The notes under the pieces were generated by a model. The model had not been told where the DNA came from and did no database searches. It worked only from the letters and a program-made list of their open reading frames with translations. DNA of 64,000 nt from Candidatus Levyibacteriota bacterium (GTDB lineage Bacteria > Patescibacteriota > Microgenomatia > Levybacterales > UBA12049). The translations under genes were made by a program, and so were the position numbers. Shown in pieces: positions 30,101-37,184 of the stretch. The DNA lies in the NCBI GenBank assembly GCA_052034235.1, contig JBPOIT010000009.1:72203-136202 (forward strand), in the 5' to 3' direction. Numbering within the stretch: position 1 is the stretch's first letter; every line of letters starts with the position of its first letter.

Positions 30101-30211
30101 TATGAAAAAATGTATATGGCAGAATTGAATTCATCTTTCTGGGGAGGTTTGTTCGCAGGCTTATGGGCAGGATTGAATGCCTCACTCACGAAAGGGAAAT
30201 GGATATATTAG
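24188..30211 (+). CDS. giant (2007 aa) hypothetical protein with an acidic low-complexity N-terminus, no signal peptide, and a short hydrophobic C-terminus
   Basis: An uninterrupted 6 kb open frame in an AT-rich genome. No recognisable catalytic motif. The C-terminal FWGGLFAGLWAGL segment is hydrophobic/amphipathic. Its stop overlaps the convergent virB6-like gene. Confidence 0.7.
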   Translation: MSNPNEEEKLTPSSAKGYDGDSTQMAEKPEIENSDEERDPHDSEVDPHGEDKPETNEQQNTETKKNTIAEMFSALLSSVNPENGGPEDKIFKTVVEAVTDATSKNKNPNKAIAEVMSSFLLPNKPAADSTEEELEGTKKARVVFDTILESAEEAHLDSKAILKELAGIAKEQQEELPTTAQDRYVVFEQHLKKTLNTASDEALQIMHEDLKKLRAEIANDTQLDEGVYEAVLDSETLLAEVVEVKEDTATQEFIEIQQANDKKFAQVIVTVFESVAETRFTNLTPGKEVNLRKEEQLKADHLMKLLLASDDPKQQKQELVAALLTSYPVAGSSAEQQEALAMRERIMGYAKLAGLDEKAILDNQAIIAAEDMLVSKTDAVNDSESIVGSDLNAFERKVEQQIANASAERVKEIQDTWKDLLESVDPNSETAREALEAIAVLDNIIQLKEMQAARDRGESVDFSTLPVPKEYKHNDHEAKESASKSESDKELAALLAKLFSPLRKGDKAEDYALVSVITDFILASEHTKEEKEALIAGIAKCFSQKDTHTSEANDIPSYLRIYADSVALAQPTVDAGTSEKEGHEDTPELLQKLIEEALAKVSHKDLIQLKGALGFVAIKEKPSAEIKEQITQTIAFINALPTDKENAKKADASQRPVEKPEKAIKAEDAEKIEERLVEGSMQTIEAKRQSFFEETHFINEENNIERFNVVRLENYANNLKDLGSQLSESELKSAYMALQKQITLSRRAPEFNGNFHLDEVLHVNEISNDALRDIVARLRETMAPAEVMKFINETKRSLRDNKAYNERLSLPPRVYNMEPTVVEASVGNRYYEPGSRFQLGNAINEIRSMSTTPDPALPANLGSDYTEIATNIKTQQEFSNTAVLEDRMHKLNSLMSEGMRAGINLKDMTQAQALAQQLHAQRQEIAVMEQMYKGQMDERTYKAEDEALYEGYIHTALGERIKRIQIELEIKSGLRSRTYVDSSGNTHTHKVRTDEELIAYYTELRKWAKILLKNDVRNNAGKAGQEGALNLSNERFKRYSDIVKALPDSFDLANATDTAAMLSNVNYMFDITTSGGDFLRYFMRNTKNPKGIDPEKHDSIDFNPHELLGVDYRHAEGTSSFGLPKSLEDTMAIMARQYSTEKINYRTGGDHELFDGEGNFKFNNFYYLIREQILNNDILYNKDGQINPMQKITVKGDASSVSLAELLVLMPEYLSQRTFDIVVDNDGDVTSGWGRPTEHPEFTWAQAQQLGAEVEFRIMTHEARIQYVQASLAGDKGKYLQLMEYLHKSNHWVRANNIMWLLGLPSAVTNGSQEIIDVVGPKETQGTLGKAVSDMLVGYNYINEVSKYYKHANGEEKTFNENMFYRFWEPNGANKFLVTMTEETLNNYSDAKREYGRFIQERIQAAAVRARSLAGGDAVKLEKIDRQLQDQTQAIQAEMDKQNVGLDIRFTKDSHLMKFLQYTEKEVLGRKFRNKKEEEEYFKFTVRDDLLDNLKGGLFTKLADMQVHELDTLVDKNNKTKDRPDTYLFLRAKQNKMRFGDIRFDGQTIEELLNDFNPEQIKRFDYTNKADDPRNHFSAFANDPDRLRRELDTYMDAKINPENYKFFKHNEKMMLAFLKHVTRIDRAWLNHFRDIPENEVVKDMEKRAMEECVQLVHGVDDIEATYAWWQARDYIYIWGIGDWLDDSGIGFRTGGKLFHTGKWRAHRGGKDGAGNKDTFDEFGAVALPFLNTIQIHDIEGHQELGHQSIFSLLQGGHGYNITPRAAREFKPRSRYSIAHDSEELYVANMLSNAAELADLLSTTEVDFTNIVATDPLGNIVFDYGKARELFKKWRKAIRYSYQKNGIDYREKIWVDGQEKTLYEFCFGKKTRAINELIRQETGRSIDDMFRDTADAVMASIIAAEVYEHRKMHLSGHHWTIENVIELEKVIREFMDESDLEEDEHGDVELVRKGNAFTKKVFSGALKAYHTSYEKMYMAELNSSFWGGLFAGLWAGLNASLTKGKWIY

Positions 30212-32064
30212 CGCTTCTGTCCGTCTGCAAATCCATTAAATTTGACCAGTTTGTAACGGAGACGTTTCATTGCAGGTACATATGATTGTCTATTACCCCA
30301 ACTGAAGTTTGGATCCCCAGTCTCTGCACCTTTTCCGGCAGCGACTCTTCGTAGCCATCCAGCATCATGTTCGTGCAGTTTGGCATTGCGTGTGCCATGG
30401 TTCCACATTGCGCCAAACGCAGCTCTTGGTACTGCTGCTCCAGCTGCAAGTCCTGCTCCAATTGCTGCTCCATGTTTTGTCCCAGTCACTTTAAGAGATT
30501 CCTGAAGAATGGCGAGCATTGATGGTGACATCAAGAGTAGTCCAAAAGCAATAAGCCATCCCATAAGCCCAAGGATATTTGGATTTCCTATAAGCGGGGC
30601 GATAAAATAGTCTGGAGTGCCGGCTGCGATCGCAGAATCTCCAGCAGCAGCGGCAGCAGTGCTTTTATTACTGAATAACTCCACAAACAAACGTGCTAGC
30701 ACAAAGACAAAGGCTGTAACAGGAAAAACTGCGAGATTAGCAACCATTGAGCGAAGCCATTTTTCAAAACCAAGTGGTTTACCAGGTAGTAATCCCATCA
30801 CAATAAAGAACGGGGCAGCTATAGAATAAATTATGACATAGGTGTAGGCTTTAAGTAGGGTAAACCATACACTAAAAAGTACTTTCAAAATTGTAATAAG
30901 AATAATAAGCCATAAGAGCATTTTTGCAATAAAACCAATGACAGTTGCAAAGCATCCTCTAAACGAAAATCCACCTAGACCAATACCACAATCATCTGTA
31001 TTTTTTATATTCATCATCTGCTTAATAAGTTGTTCCATAAATTGTCCCAAACTGTATGAAACTTCCTGGGTAATATTTTTAATGCCTATATCAATATCAT
31101 TGTCGCCAAAATTCAAAACGTCATTGTTCTCAGCGACTCTAAACACGTTATTCACATAGGTCAAAGGCATTTGGAGTAAATTAGCGGTAGCTACATCAGA
31201 AAGTGGACGAGTTTGTGAATTAGGATCTTTGGCGTTGCCGTTTGCGTCAAGTGATGTATCTAAATTTTTATCACCGGGAACCATGGGATTTGTGATTGAG
31301 TTTTCGCCTGGGCCTCCTGCTGATGTAATGACGTTGATGCCGACATAAGTCGTTAGCCACATTGTATCAATGAGTAACCCTGCAATTCCGTATGAAAAAG
31401 TTACGAGAATAATACAAACTATAATGCGAGGAATTTGATTTTGAATTGTCATAATTGTTCGAGGAGACATTTCAATTCGAAGCATTATGCCAAGGCCGAT
31501 GATGACGAACGCAACCATCAAAAGAAAATATGCCATATTTCGAATAGCAGTCCAGAGTGTTAATAAGGGGTTTAGCCCTTGAAACCCATATCCAAATTCC
31601 TGCGCATATGCGGGTTTCACTATGCCGAAGTTCTGTGCGAGATAGTCTGTATACTGACTTGTACTGATTGTTGGTGTATATAAGGCACTAATCAAATTTG
31701 TAGAAGCACCCACAATACCTCCAATTTTTGGAGAACCATCCTTATCCAGTGAAGCAGGATTATACCCAATTTTGCCGGTGGTAGGATTAACGTCCAAACA
31801 AGCATGGTTTTGATCCACTGGATCTATTCCGACGAGTATACACATCGTTGATGCCATGAGATCAATCATGAGTGTTTGTACCCTCGTGTGTTGGTTCACC
31901 GGAACATTGGAGTCGGTATTTGGCAAATTGTAGGAGTTGCCTGTATTTGACGTTGGATATGAAGATTGTGTTGATGTTTGAGCAAGCACTGGTGAGGTCC
32001 CAAAAAAGAACGTCACAAGTGATAAACAGAAGACTACAATAAAAGCGCGGGCAGCAAAGCGCAT
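30208..32064 (-). CDS. VirB6/TrbL-like polytopic membrane protein
   Basis: Signal peptide, a roughly 150-aa S/T/N-rich extracytoplasmic region, then at least 6 TM helices with long loops. It sits within the T4SS-like locus. Confidence 0.45.
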   Translation of the reverse strand: MRFAARAFIVVFCLSLVTFFFGTSPVLAQTSTQSSYPTSNTGNSYNLPNTDSNVPVNQHTRVQTLMIDLMASTMCILVGIDPVDQNHACLDVNPTTGKIGYNPASLDKDGSPKIGGIVGASTNLISALYTPTISTSQYTDYLAQNFGIVKPAYAQEFGYGFQGLNPLLTLWTAIRNMAYFLLMVAFVIIGLGIMLRIEMSPRTIMTIQNQIPRIIVCIILVTFSYGIAGLLIDTMWLTTYVGINVITSAGGPGENSITNPMVPGDKNLDTSLDANGNAKDPNSQTRPLSDVATANLLQMPLTYVNNVFRVAENNDVLNFGDNDIDIGIKNITQEVSYSLGQFMEQLIKQMMNIKNTDDCGIGLGGFSFRGCFATVIGFIAKMLLWLIILITILKVLFSVWFTLLKAYTYVIIYSIAAPFFIVMGLLPGKPLGFEKWLRSMVANLAVFPVTAFVFVLARLFVELFSNKSTAAAAAGDSAIAAGTPDYFIAPLIGNPNILGLMGWLIAFGLLLMSPSMLAILQESLKVTGTKHGAAIGAGLAAGAAVPRAAFGAMWNHGTRNAKLHEHDAGWLRRVAAGKGAETGDPNFSWGNRQSYVPAMKRLRYKLVKFNGFADGQKR

Positions 32065-32130
32065 AGCTATTTTAGTTTGATTTATTTAGCAAAGGTTGTC
32101 AAGTCGAATTGGCCAGAAAAACCATTCCTG

Positions 32131-32153
32131 ACAAAGCCTGATCAGGCTTTGTT
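32131..32153 (-). terminator. perfect 22-nt palindrome (ACAAAGCCTGA/TCAGGCTTTGT) just 3' of tRNA-Ser(GGA), a possible terminator hairpin
   Basis: Seen directly in the sequence. The downstream T-run is weak (GGTTTTTCTGG, 9 nt away). Confidence 0.3.
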
Positions 32154-32155
32154 TA

Positions 32156-32245
32156 TGGCGGAGAGAGGGGGATTCGAACCCCCGATAGCCTTGCGGCCAT
32201 ACACGCTTTCCAAGCGTGCGCACTCGACCACTATGCGATCTCTCC
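32156..32245 (-). tRNA. tRNA-Ser(GGA), class II, with CCA encoded
   Basis: Manual fold: acceptor GGAGAGA/TCTCTCC, anticodon loop TTGGAAA, long variable arm, T-loop GGTTCGAATCC. Confidence 0.8.
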
Positions 32246-32387
32246 AAAAGTTGTTTCTTTTATAAACTTTTTGTAAGCTTCCTATCAAGTTGTATATCAT
32301 TCCTGAGAGTATACTTATCGTGTCATTATATCGCATTTACAAGGTATTTGCATAAATGACAGAGAGATTGTAATATTAGGAGGAATT

Positions 32388-33125
32388 ATGAGTAATGAAA
32401 ATTCAGCAGAAGAAGGTGCAGTAGTCAAACCAGAGAGAGCTCATGAAGGTAATGCAGAGGTTGGAGAACCTCTGCCTGATCGCACAGCACCAAGTCGTTT
32501 GCAACCGCCAGAAACGGTTAATGTAGACGGTGAAAATTCTCCGAGTCAACCGGACCACGAGACACCATCTCCAGAGTTTAATGATTTGCACCCCGATGAA
32601 CGGAAAGCATTTGAGGAGCAAGGTATTACGAGCGATGTGTACGACGAGTTAAAGGAGTTAAGTCAGGAGATTATACAAAATGGCAGCCTTCCTCCAGAAA
32701 AACAAGAAAGGCTTGATGAAATGGTTGATAAACTGCAGGATTTGTCACCAGATATAAAACAGAAACTGGGTGAAATGTTAACGGCTGAGAACCAAAAGTT
32801 GAGCGAAGAGTTAGACAAACCCGATCCAGCTGCAGCGCTTGAAGTGGATCCTCAAACGGTTTCTGCACTCGGTGAAGCACAGGGGGCGGTTAATCATTTG
32901 CTTGCAAGTGATGAGAGAGAATTAGATATCGATCGGGCAAAAGCAGCGTCTGATGCATTACATAAAGCTCGAGAGAAGCTCGATCTTGAGAAAGCAGACA
33001 AATTAGGGGAAGGTCCGTCTAAGGCTTATAGGATATGGGTTACTTTGGGGATAATGTTTTATCTCTATGTAGGAGCGCAGTATGCGATGGCTAAATTTGT
33101 TGGCGGTTTTAGTTCCAATAAGTAA
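32388..33125 (+). CDS. acidic hypothetical protein with a C-terminal TM anchor
   Basis: Glu/Asp/Pro-rich with a coiled-coil-like segment. C-terminal YRIWVTLGIMFYLYVGAQYAMA. Confidence 0.45.
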   Translation: MSNENSAEEGAVVKPERAHEGNAEVGEPLPDRTAPSRLQPPETVNVDGENSPSQPDHETPSPEFNDLHPDERKAFEEQGITSDVYDELKELSQEIIQNGSLPPEKQERLDEMVDKLQDLSPDIKQKLGEMLTAENQKLSEELDKPDPAAALEVDPQTVSALGEAQGAVNHLLASDERELDIDRAKAASDALHKAREKLDLEKADKLGEGPSKAYRIWVTLGIMFYLYVGAQYAMAKFVGGFSSNK

Positions 33126-33187
33126 ATACCCGTGTAAGAATCCAAACTTCTTGATAGCATGTGAATTCTACACGGTAACCAATAATG

Positions 33188-33271
33188 CGGAGAGGGGGGG
33201 ATTCGAACCCCCGAGGCTCATCGCCTGGCGGTTTTCAAGACCGCTGCACTAAACCACTATGCGACCTCTCC
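33188..33271 (-). tRNA. tRNA-Ser(TGA), class II
   Basis: Manual fold: anticodon loop CTTGAAA, long variable arm, T-loop GGTTCGAATCC. Confidence 0.8.
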
Positions 33272-33337
33272 AGTCGTCTGTGTATTGTATCAAAAATTTT
33301 CCTTGACTTCATCCAGAGAATCATTTACAGTGAAGAT

Positions 33338-33985
33338 ATGAGTGAAGCTGCCCTTCAACCACAAGATCAACCTCAAGTGCCGCCTCAGGAGCCCCAACAA
33401 GCGCCTCCTCCTCCTATTCAGCAGCGGCCATATGATTCCAATCAGCCCTACCAACCAATGTATGCTAACCGATATGATCCCCGCGTCTCACACGATGTTA
33501 AAACATTTTTAACATGGCACGCTCCTGGTAGACCTTTTAAAGAGCACTCAAAGGAATACTTTATTAATGGTTTTCTTATTATGATGGCTCTTGAGATTAT
33601 CCTCTTTTTGTTTGCCCAATATCTTCTTATGTTGGTGGTTTTCTCGTTTGTCTTTTTGTCTTACTCGCTTGCCATTGTTCCGCCGAAAGATTTTTATTAC
33701 AAGATAACAAGCGAAGGCATTCGTATAGAGGACCATGTGTTTATTTGGGAAGAACTATATGATTTTTACTTTTTAACCCATCATGAAGAGGATACATTAC
33801 ATATCAGAACGAAGGCATATCTTCCCGGAGAATTAACTATTACGTTAGGAGATATCTCTGTTGGTCAGATTAAGAAAGTATTACTTCCATATCTTCCGTA
33901 TCGGGAATACGTCAGACCCAATTTTACTGAACAAGCCGGAGATTGGTTAACCCAAAACTTTCCTCTTGAAAGATCCACACAATAA
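33338..33985 (+). CDS. hypothetical membrane protein with a Pro/Gln-rich N-terminus
   Basis: The ORF track begins this ORF at 33185, but its first 51 codons are antisense to tRNA-Ser(TGA). The first ATG clear of the tRNA is 33338 (MSEAALQ...). Two TM helices. Confidence 0.5.
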   Translation: MSEAALQPQDQPQVPPQEPQQAPPPPIQQRPYDSNQPYQPMYANRYDPRVSHDVKTFLTWHAPGRPFKEHSKEYFINGFLIMMALEIILFLFAQYLLMLVVFSFVFLSYSLAIVPPKDFYYKITSEGIRIEDHVFIWEELYDFYFLTHHEEDTLHIRTKAYLPGELTITLGDISVGQIKKVLLPYLPYREYVRPNFTEQAGDWLTQNFPLERSTQ

Positions 33986-34038
33986 TTTGATTGCAAGCCT
34001 CAGATAAGGTAAAATACACATGTTGCTTTGCAAAATAC

Positions 34039-34112
34039 GCACCCGTAGCTCAGTTGGATAGAGCGCAACATTGCGGATGTTGAGGCCGGAAGTTCGAATC
34101 TTCTCGGGTGTA
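34039..34112 (+). tRNA. tRNA-Arg with apparent anticodon GCG (G34 instead of the usual A34)
   Basis: Manual fold: acceptor GCACCCG, D-loop AGTTGGATAGAGC, anticodon stem CAACA/TGTTG, loop TTGCGGA. It is closely similar to bacterial tRNA-Arg(ACG) except at position 34. Confidence 0.7.
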
Positions 34113-34119
34113 CACAGTT

Positions 34120-34209
34120 GGAGGGATCGCATAGTGGTCGAGTGCGGCGGTTTCGAAAACCGCTGTCCTGGATTTTCCGGGACCGTGGGTTCGAATCCCA
34201 CTCCCTCCG
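34120..34209 (+). tRNA. tRNA-Ser(CGA), class II
   Basis: Manual fold: anticodon loop TTCGAAA with a long variable arm. Confidence 0.8.
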
Positions 34210-34244
34210 CACAAAACAAAGATCAATTTTAATGCGAAATATCT

Positions 34245-34700
34245 TTAATGTTCCCAATAAAAATCAGGGGGTTCACCTTCACATGTTTGGGCAACAAAAT
34301 CTGGCTGAATGCCATCTCTCCAGGCAATAAGGACACAGCTTTTCGCTTTACCTCCACGTTCTTCAACTGCGCCTACCGCTTTACGAGTAAGGAGTCCTCG
34401 TTTACTGGCTTCATCAATGACAAGTACTTGTCGATTAGAACAATCTCCCAAACTAACTAATGTATCATCAAGATGATAATCTCCAGTTTCGTCTTTGTAC
34501 ACAGGAATCCCCACAACATTACGGCTTTTGATTTTCAGTCGTTTTGCAATTGCAGCAGCAACCGGAAAACCACCAGTACTTAATGCCAGAATAGTATCCG
34601 GTAGAAATGTATCGTCAGCTGCTATCTGTTCAAGGATTTCATCAAGAAGTCTATTAAATTTGTCCAATGTAACAATTTCTTTACTAGCGGATGCACTCAT
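34245..34700 (-). CDS. type I phosphoribosyltransferase (purine/xanthine-guanine PRTase-like)
   Basis: PRPP-binding motif VLVIDEASKRG. 151 aa. Confidence 0.65.
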   Translation of the reverse strand: MSASASKEIVTLDKFNRLLDEILEQIAADDTFLPDTILALSTGGFPVAAAIAKRLKIKSRNVVGIPVYKDETGDYHLDDTLVSLGDCSNRQVLVIDEASKRGLLTRKAVGAVEERGGKAKSCVLIAWRDGIQPDFVAQTCEGEPPDFYWEH

Positions 34701-34761
34701 ACATGGAGTATATCATTTTCAATTGTTTACGATGAACGGGGGAATTAAGTATGAAAACTTC

Positions 34762-34797
34762 GGGGCGGGCCAGATGGAACGATATTGGAACTTTTTT
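34762..34797 (+). repeat. tRNA-Ser(GCU) 3'-end-like direct repeat, copy 1
   Basis: GGGGCGGGCCAGATGGAACGATATTGGAACTTTTTT. It aligns to the acceptor-3'/T-arm of tRNA-Ser(GCT) at 37532-37560. Confidence 0.7.
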
Positions 34798-34830
34798 AGT
34801 ACTGCCAATGGTATAATTGACTAATTATTT

Positions 34831-35265
34831 ATGAAAAAAGTTATTAAAAAAGTTAATAAACCTATTTTCATTTTTGTCGCAGGGATTTTAAGCGCAATTA
34901 TAATTGGTGATTTGTTTAAAAATTTTTATAGAGATTTTATTTATAAAGATACAGACGACGTTATACTTCAAGAAGCTAAAAATTCACCCACTGATTATTT
35001 AACTGAACAATATACTGCTATATCTTTTGTAAATATGGGTGGTGGCGCTGCAGGGTATTGTGGGACATGGGTTTCAGTTGTGCCCATAAAAAAATTTGAT
35101 GAATTTCAAAAAGCACCATATTCGCTTGCTTATACTACAGATTGTGGAGCAGATATATCCTTAAAATGGATTGACAAAACAACATTAGAAATCAGTGGGA
35201 TAATTGATGACGAATACAACGAAAATAAAAATAGTGACGGGAAAGTAAAAATTATTTACAAATAA
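34831..35265 (+). CDS. hypothetical secreted/membrane-anchored protein
   Basis: N-terminal TM/signal anchor, 144 aa. The only plus-strand gene in the cassette array. Confidence 0.45.
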   Translation: MKKVIKKVNKPIFIFVAGILSAIIIGDLFKNFYRDFIYKDTDDVILQEAKNSPTDYLTEQYTAISFVNMGGGAAGYCGTWVSVVPIKKFDEFQKAPYSLAYTTDCGADISLKWIDKTTLEISGIIDDEYNENKNSDGKVKIIYK

Positions 35266-35303
35266 CACATTTTTTATCTAACACAGTTGATGCTAAGACT
35301 CTG

Positions 35304-35337
35304 AGCGGGCCAAAAGGGACGATGTTGGAACTTCTTT
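35304..35337 (+). repeat. tRNA-Ser(GCU) 3'-end-like direct repeat, copy 2
   Basis: GAGCGGGCCAAAAGGGACGATGTTGGAACTTCTTT. Confidence 0.65.
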
Positions 35338-35370
35338 ATCAAACAATACTAATTTTAGGCGAAATTAGTT

Positions 35371-35787
35371 TTATAATTCGACAGGATCATCATAGGCATC
35401 TTTCAGTAATTTAATTCTTTCGCCAAAAGCATCAAGTTGAGCGGGTTCAACTTTAAGCATGAGTGTACATTCTTCTGCGACTTCATATACTTCTTCAAAT
35501 ACTATTTTGAATTTTAAAATAATTAATCCTGTATTATTTGCTTTGAACCCTTCAATCTTTACACTTTTAACTTTACCATCAGATCCTTGCAGTTCCCAAA
35601 GGAATTTATTATCTGAGAGAATATTGGTAGTCAAATTTCTACCCCACGTTTTTTGTAAATCTTCTAGTGAAGCATAGCAATTGAAATTTGCAGACAGTCG
35701 GGCATTTGCTACATGTATATTCAATTCAATGAGATCCAGTAGTGAATCATCAACCCATCTAATATTAAAAATTAATTTATTTATCAT
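35371..35787 (-). CDS. hypothetical cytoplasmic protein (cassette gene)
   Basis: 138 aa with no recognisable domain. The minus-strand sequence TGCTATAAT lies 6 nt upstream of its ATG. Confidence 0.5.
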   Translation of the reverse strand: MINKLIFNIRWVDDSLLDLIELNIHVANARLSANFNCYASLEDLQKTWGRNLTTNILSDNKFLWELQGSDGKVKSVKIEGFKANNTGLIILKFKIVFEEVYEVAEECTLMLKVEPAQLDAFGERIKLLKDAYDDPVEL

Positions 35788-35793
35788 CCTTTG

Positions 35794-35856
35794 ATTATAG
35801 CAGAATTGAGGCTACGAAATATTGCGGGACAGTTGGGACAAAGTTTGAAGTTTTAT
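35794..35856 (+). repeat. degenerate repeat unit, copy 3 (ATTATAGCAGAATTGAGGCT plus a decayed tRNA-like part)
   Basis: GATTATAGCAGAATTGAGGCTACGAAATATTGCGGGACAGTTGGGACAAAGTTTGAAGTTTT. Confidence 0.55.
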
Positions 35857-35866
35857 CATTAAAAGC

Positions 35867-36334
35867 TCATTCTCTCATTATATTTAGTTTATAAAATATC
35901 GTATCTCTATATAGATCCATATCATCAGGTACTGAATCTACTTTTTGAAAACCTTCTTTCATGTAAAATTTATTTGCCGCAATCAAAGCTTTAATTGTTC
36001 CTAAAAATATATCATGATATCCATTGTCTTTCGCAAAAAACTTTAGTGTAGAAATCAGTTCATGTGCTACGCCCTTCCCTCTAAAGGTTTTATCTACGTA
36101 CATTCTTTTAAGATAGCCTCGATTACTGCCACAATTTTTCAGAGCAATAGTTCCGATTACTCTGTCATTCACAATCGCAATCCAAAAATTGCTTTTATCA
36201 TTTTGATAAACTTCAGGGATTTTGTCTAAGTCAGGTCGACTAACACCCGTTAATCCAAACTCATCCTCAAGGATATTTAAAATAAACTGCTTTGTTTTGC
36301 TTTTATATTCCTCCGAATACGTGCGTATTTCCAT
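35867..36334 (-). CDS. GNAT family N-acetyltransferase
   Basis: Acetyl-CoA-binding R/Q-x-x-G-x-G/A motif (FRGKGVAHELI). Start set at the ATG of MEIRTYS; the ORF track's N-terminal extension is a translation of the upstream repeat. Confidence 0.65.
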   Translation of the reverse strand: MEIRTYSEEYKSKTKQFILNILEDEFGLTGVSRPDLDKIPEVYQNDKSNFWIAIVNDRVIGTIALKNCGSNRGYLKRMYVDKTFRGKGVAHELISTLKFFAKDNGYHDIFLGTIKALIAANKFYMKEGFQKVDSVPDDMDLYRDTIFYKLNIMRE

Positions 36335-36396
36335 AAAAAGATTATAGCAAAGTTCCAAAGCACACAGAGTCTCTAAAAGAATTGAGGCTAGGAAAC

Positions 36397-36430
36397 GGGG
36401 CGGGCTAGAGGGGACTATATTGGAACTTTT
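36397..36430 (+). repeat. tRNA-Ser(GCU) 3'-end-like direct repeat, copy 4
   Basis: GGGGCGGGCTAGAGGGGACTATATTGGAACTTTT. Confidence 0.7.
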
Positions 36431-36716
36431 ATTCAATATAATGAGTATTTTTTACAGATTCAGGGGGGATAGTTAAACAGACAAAAATCAGTTCTTCATT
36501 AGAATCGTTTATTACTTCATGAACTTCACCTTTTTGGTAGATATATGTTTGACCTTCTTTATGAGTTTTGCAGTTACCTTTAATGACGTGGACTATTTCA
36601 ATACCATCATGAAAATGTTTCTTTTCAATGACGCCAGGTTTCATATAGTACACATCACAAGATCCAAAATCATCATGAGTTATTTTATGTGATTTTCTAT
36701 ATGGTGAAGTTGCCAT
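36429..36716 (-). CDS. cupin-domain protein
   Basis: Cupin_2-like metal-binding motif HFHDGIEIVHVIKG...GEVHEV. Start set at the ATG of MATSPYR; the upstream ORF-track extension translates the repeat. Confidence 0.6.
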   Translation of the reverse strand: MATSPYRKSHKITHDDFGSCDVYYMKPGVIEKKHFHDGIEIVHVIKGNCKTHKEGQTYIYQKGEVHEVINDSNEELIFVCLTIPPESVKNTHYIE

Positions 36717-36748
36717 TGAAGTAATTATACCAGTTCCAAAAAAGCTGT

Positions 36749-36783
36749 GGGGTGGGCCAGAAGGGACGATATTGGAACTTTTT
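36749..36783 (+). repeat. tRNA-Ser(GCU) 3'-end-like direct repeat, copy 5
   Basis: GGGGTGGGCCAGAAGGGACGATATTGGAACTTTTT. Confidence 0.7.
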
Positions 36784-36800
36784 GCCAATCTCGACAGTAA

Positions 36801-37094
36801 CTAATCACCAATAAATTTTATATATTCTAGATCATCTGCATTTTTTATAAAATTTATCATTTCGTTCTTAAGGTTTTGATTAATATTAAATCTTTGCAGT
36901 TCAGTAATTAAATCAGGTTTTTGAAGATCATTAAAATACGTATCGCCATAAGGGTCAATATATGAAAGTAAAGGAAATTTAGATTTATAATCCTTTATCT
37001 TATATAACTCACCCATAAAATCTGCAAAATTAATTCCACTTACTTTCAAGGTTTCTCCATCCTCGTTGATTTTTCTAATACCTATATGTTGCAT
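36801..37094 (-). CDS. hypothetical small protein (cassette gene)
   Basis: 97 aa with no recognisable domain. The minus-strand TGCTATAAT lies 6 nt upstream of its ATG. Confidence 0.5.
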   Translation of the reverse strand: MQHIGIRKINEDGETLKVSGINFADFMGELYKIKDYKSKFPLLSYIDPYGDTYFNDLQKPDLITELQRFNINQNLKNEMINFIKNADDLEYIKFIGD

Positions 37095-37100
37095 AATTGA

Positions 37101-37162
37101 ATTATAGCAGATATGAGGCTAAGCCGAGTAGCGGGCTAGATGGGACGATATTGGAACTTTTT
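37101..37162 (+). repeat. full repeat unit, copy 6 (ATTATAGCAGATATGAGGCT plus the tRNA-3'-like part)
   Basis: It aligns nearly base for base with 37501-37560, which is the flank plus 3' end of tRNA-Ser(GCT). Confidence 0.75.
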
Positions 37163-37184
37163 GCGCTCAAAGTTGAAAACGGAA

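Noticed and set aside
12276-32064. T4SS block as an integrative conjugative element
   Set aside because: I found no relaxase, coupling protein, integrase or flanking direct repeats. It is flanked by dnaN and by tRNAs that show no duplicated att copy around the block.
32077-32336. ORFs 32077..32265(+) and 32142..32336(-)
   Set aside because: Both are antisense or overlapping translations of tRNA-Ser(GGA) and its flank. No coding signal.
33185-33337. N-terminal 51 codons of ORF 33185..33985 (MRRGGDSNPRGSS...)
   Set aside because: These codons translate the antisense of tRNA-Ser(TGA). The real start is taken as ATG 33338.
33947-34330. ORFs 33947..34219(-), 34000..34257(-) and 34118..34330(+)
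   Set aside because: They overlap the tRNA-Arg and tRNA-Ser(CGA) genes. They are spurious.
36335-36788. N-terminal extensions of the GNAT and cupin ORFs (both start M-KSSNIVPS-PP)
   Set aside because: The shared peptide is simply the repeat element translated in-frame. The true starts are the downstream ATGs preceded by TGnTATAAT.
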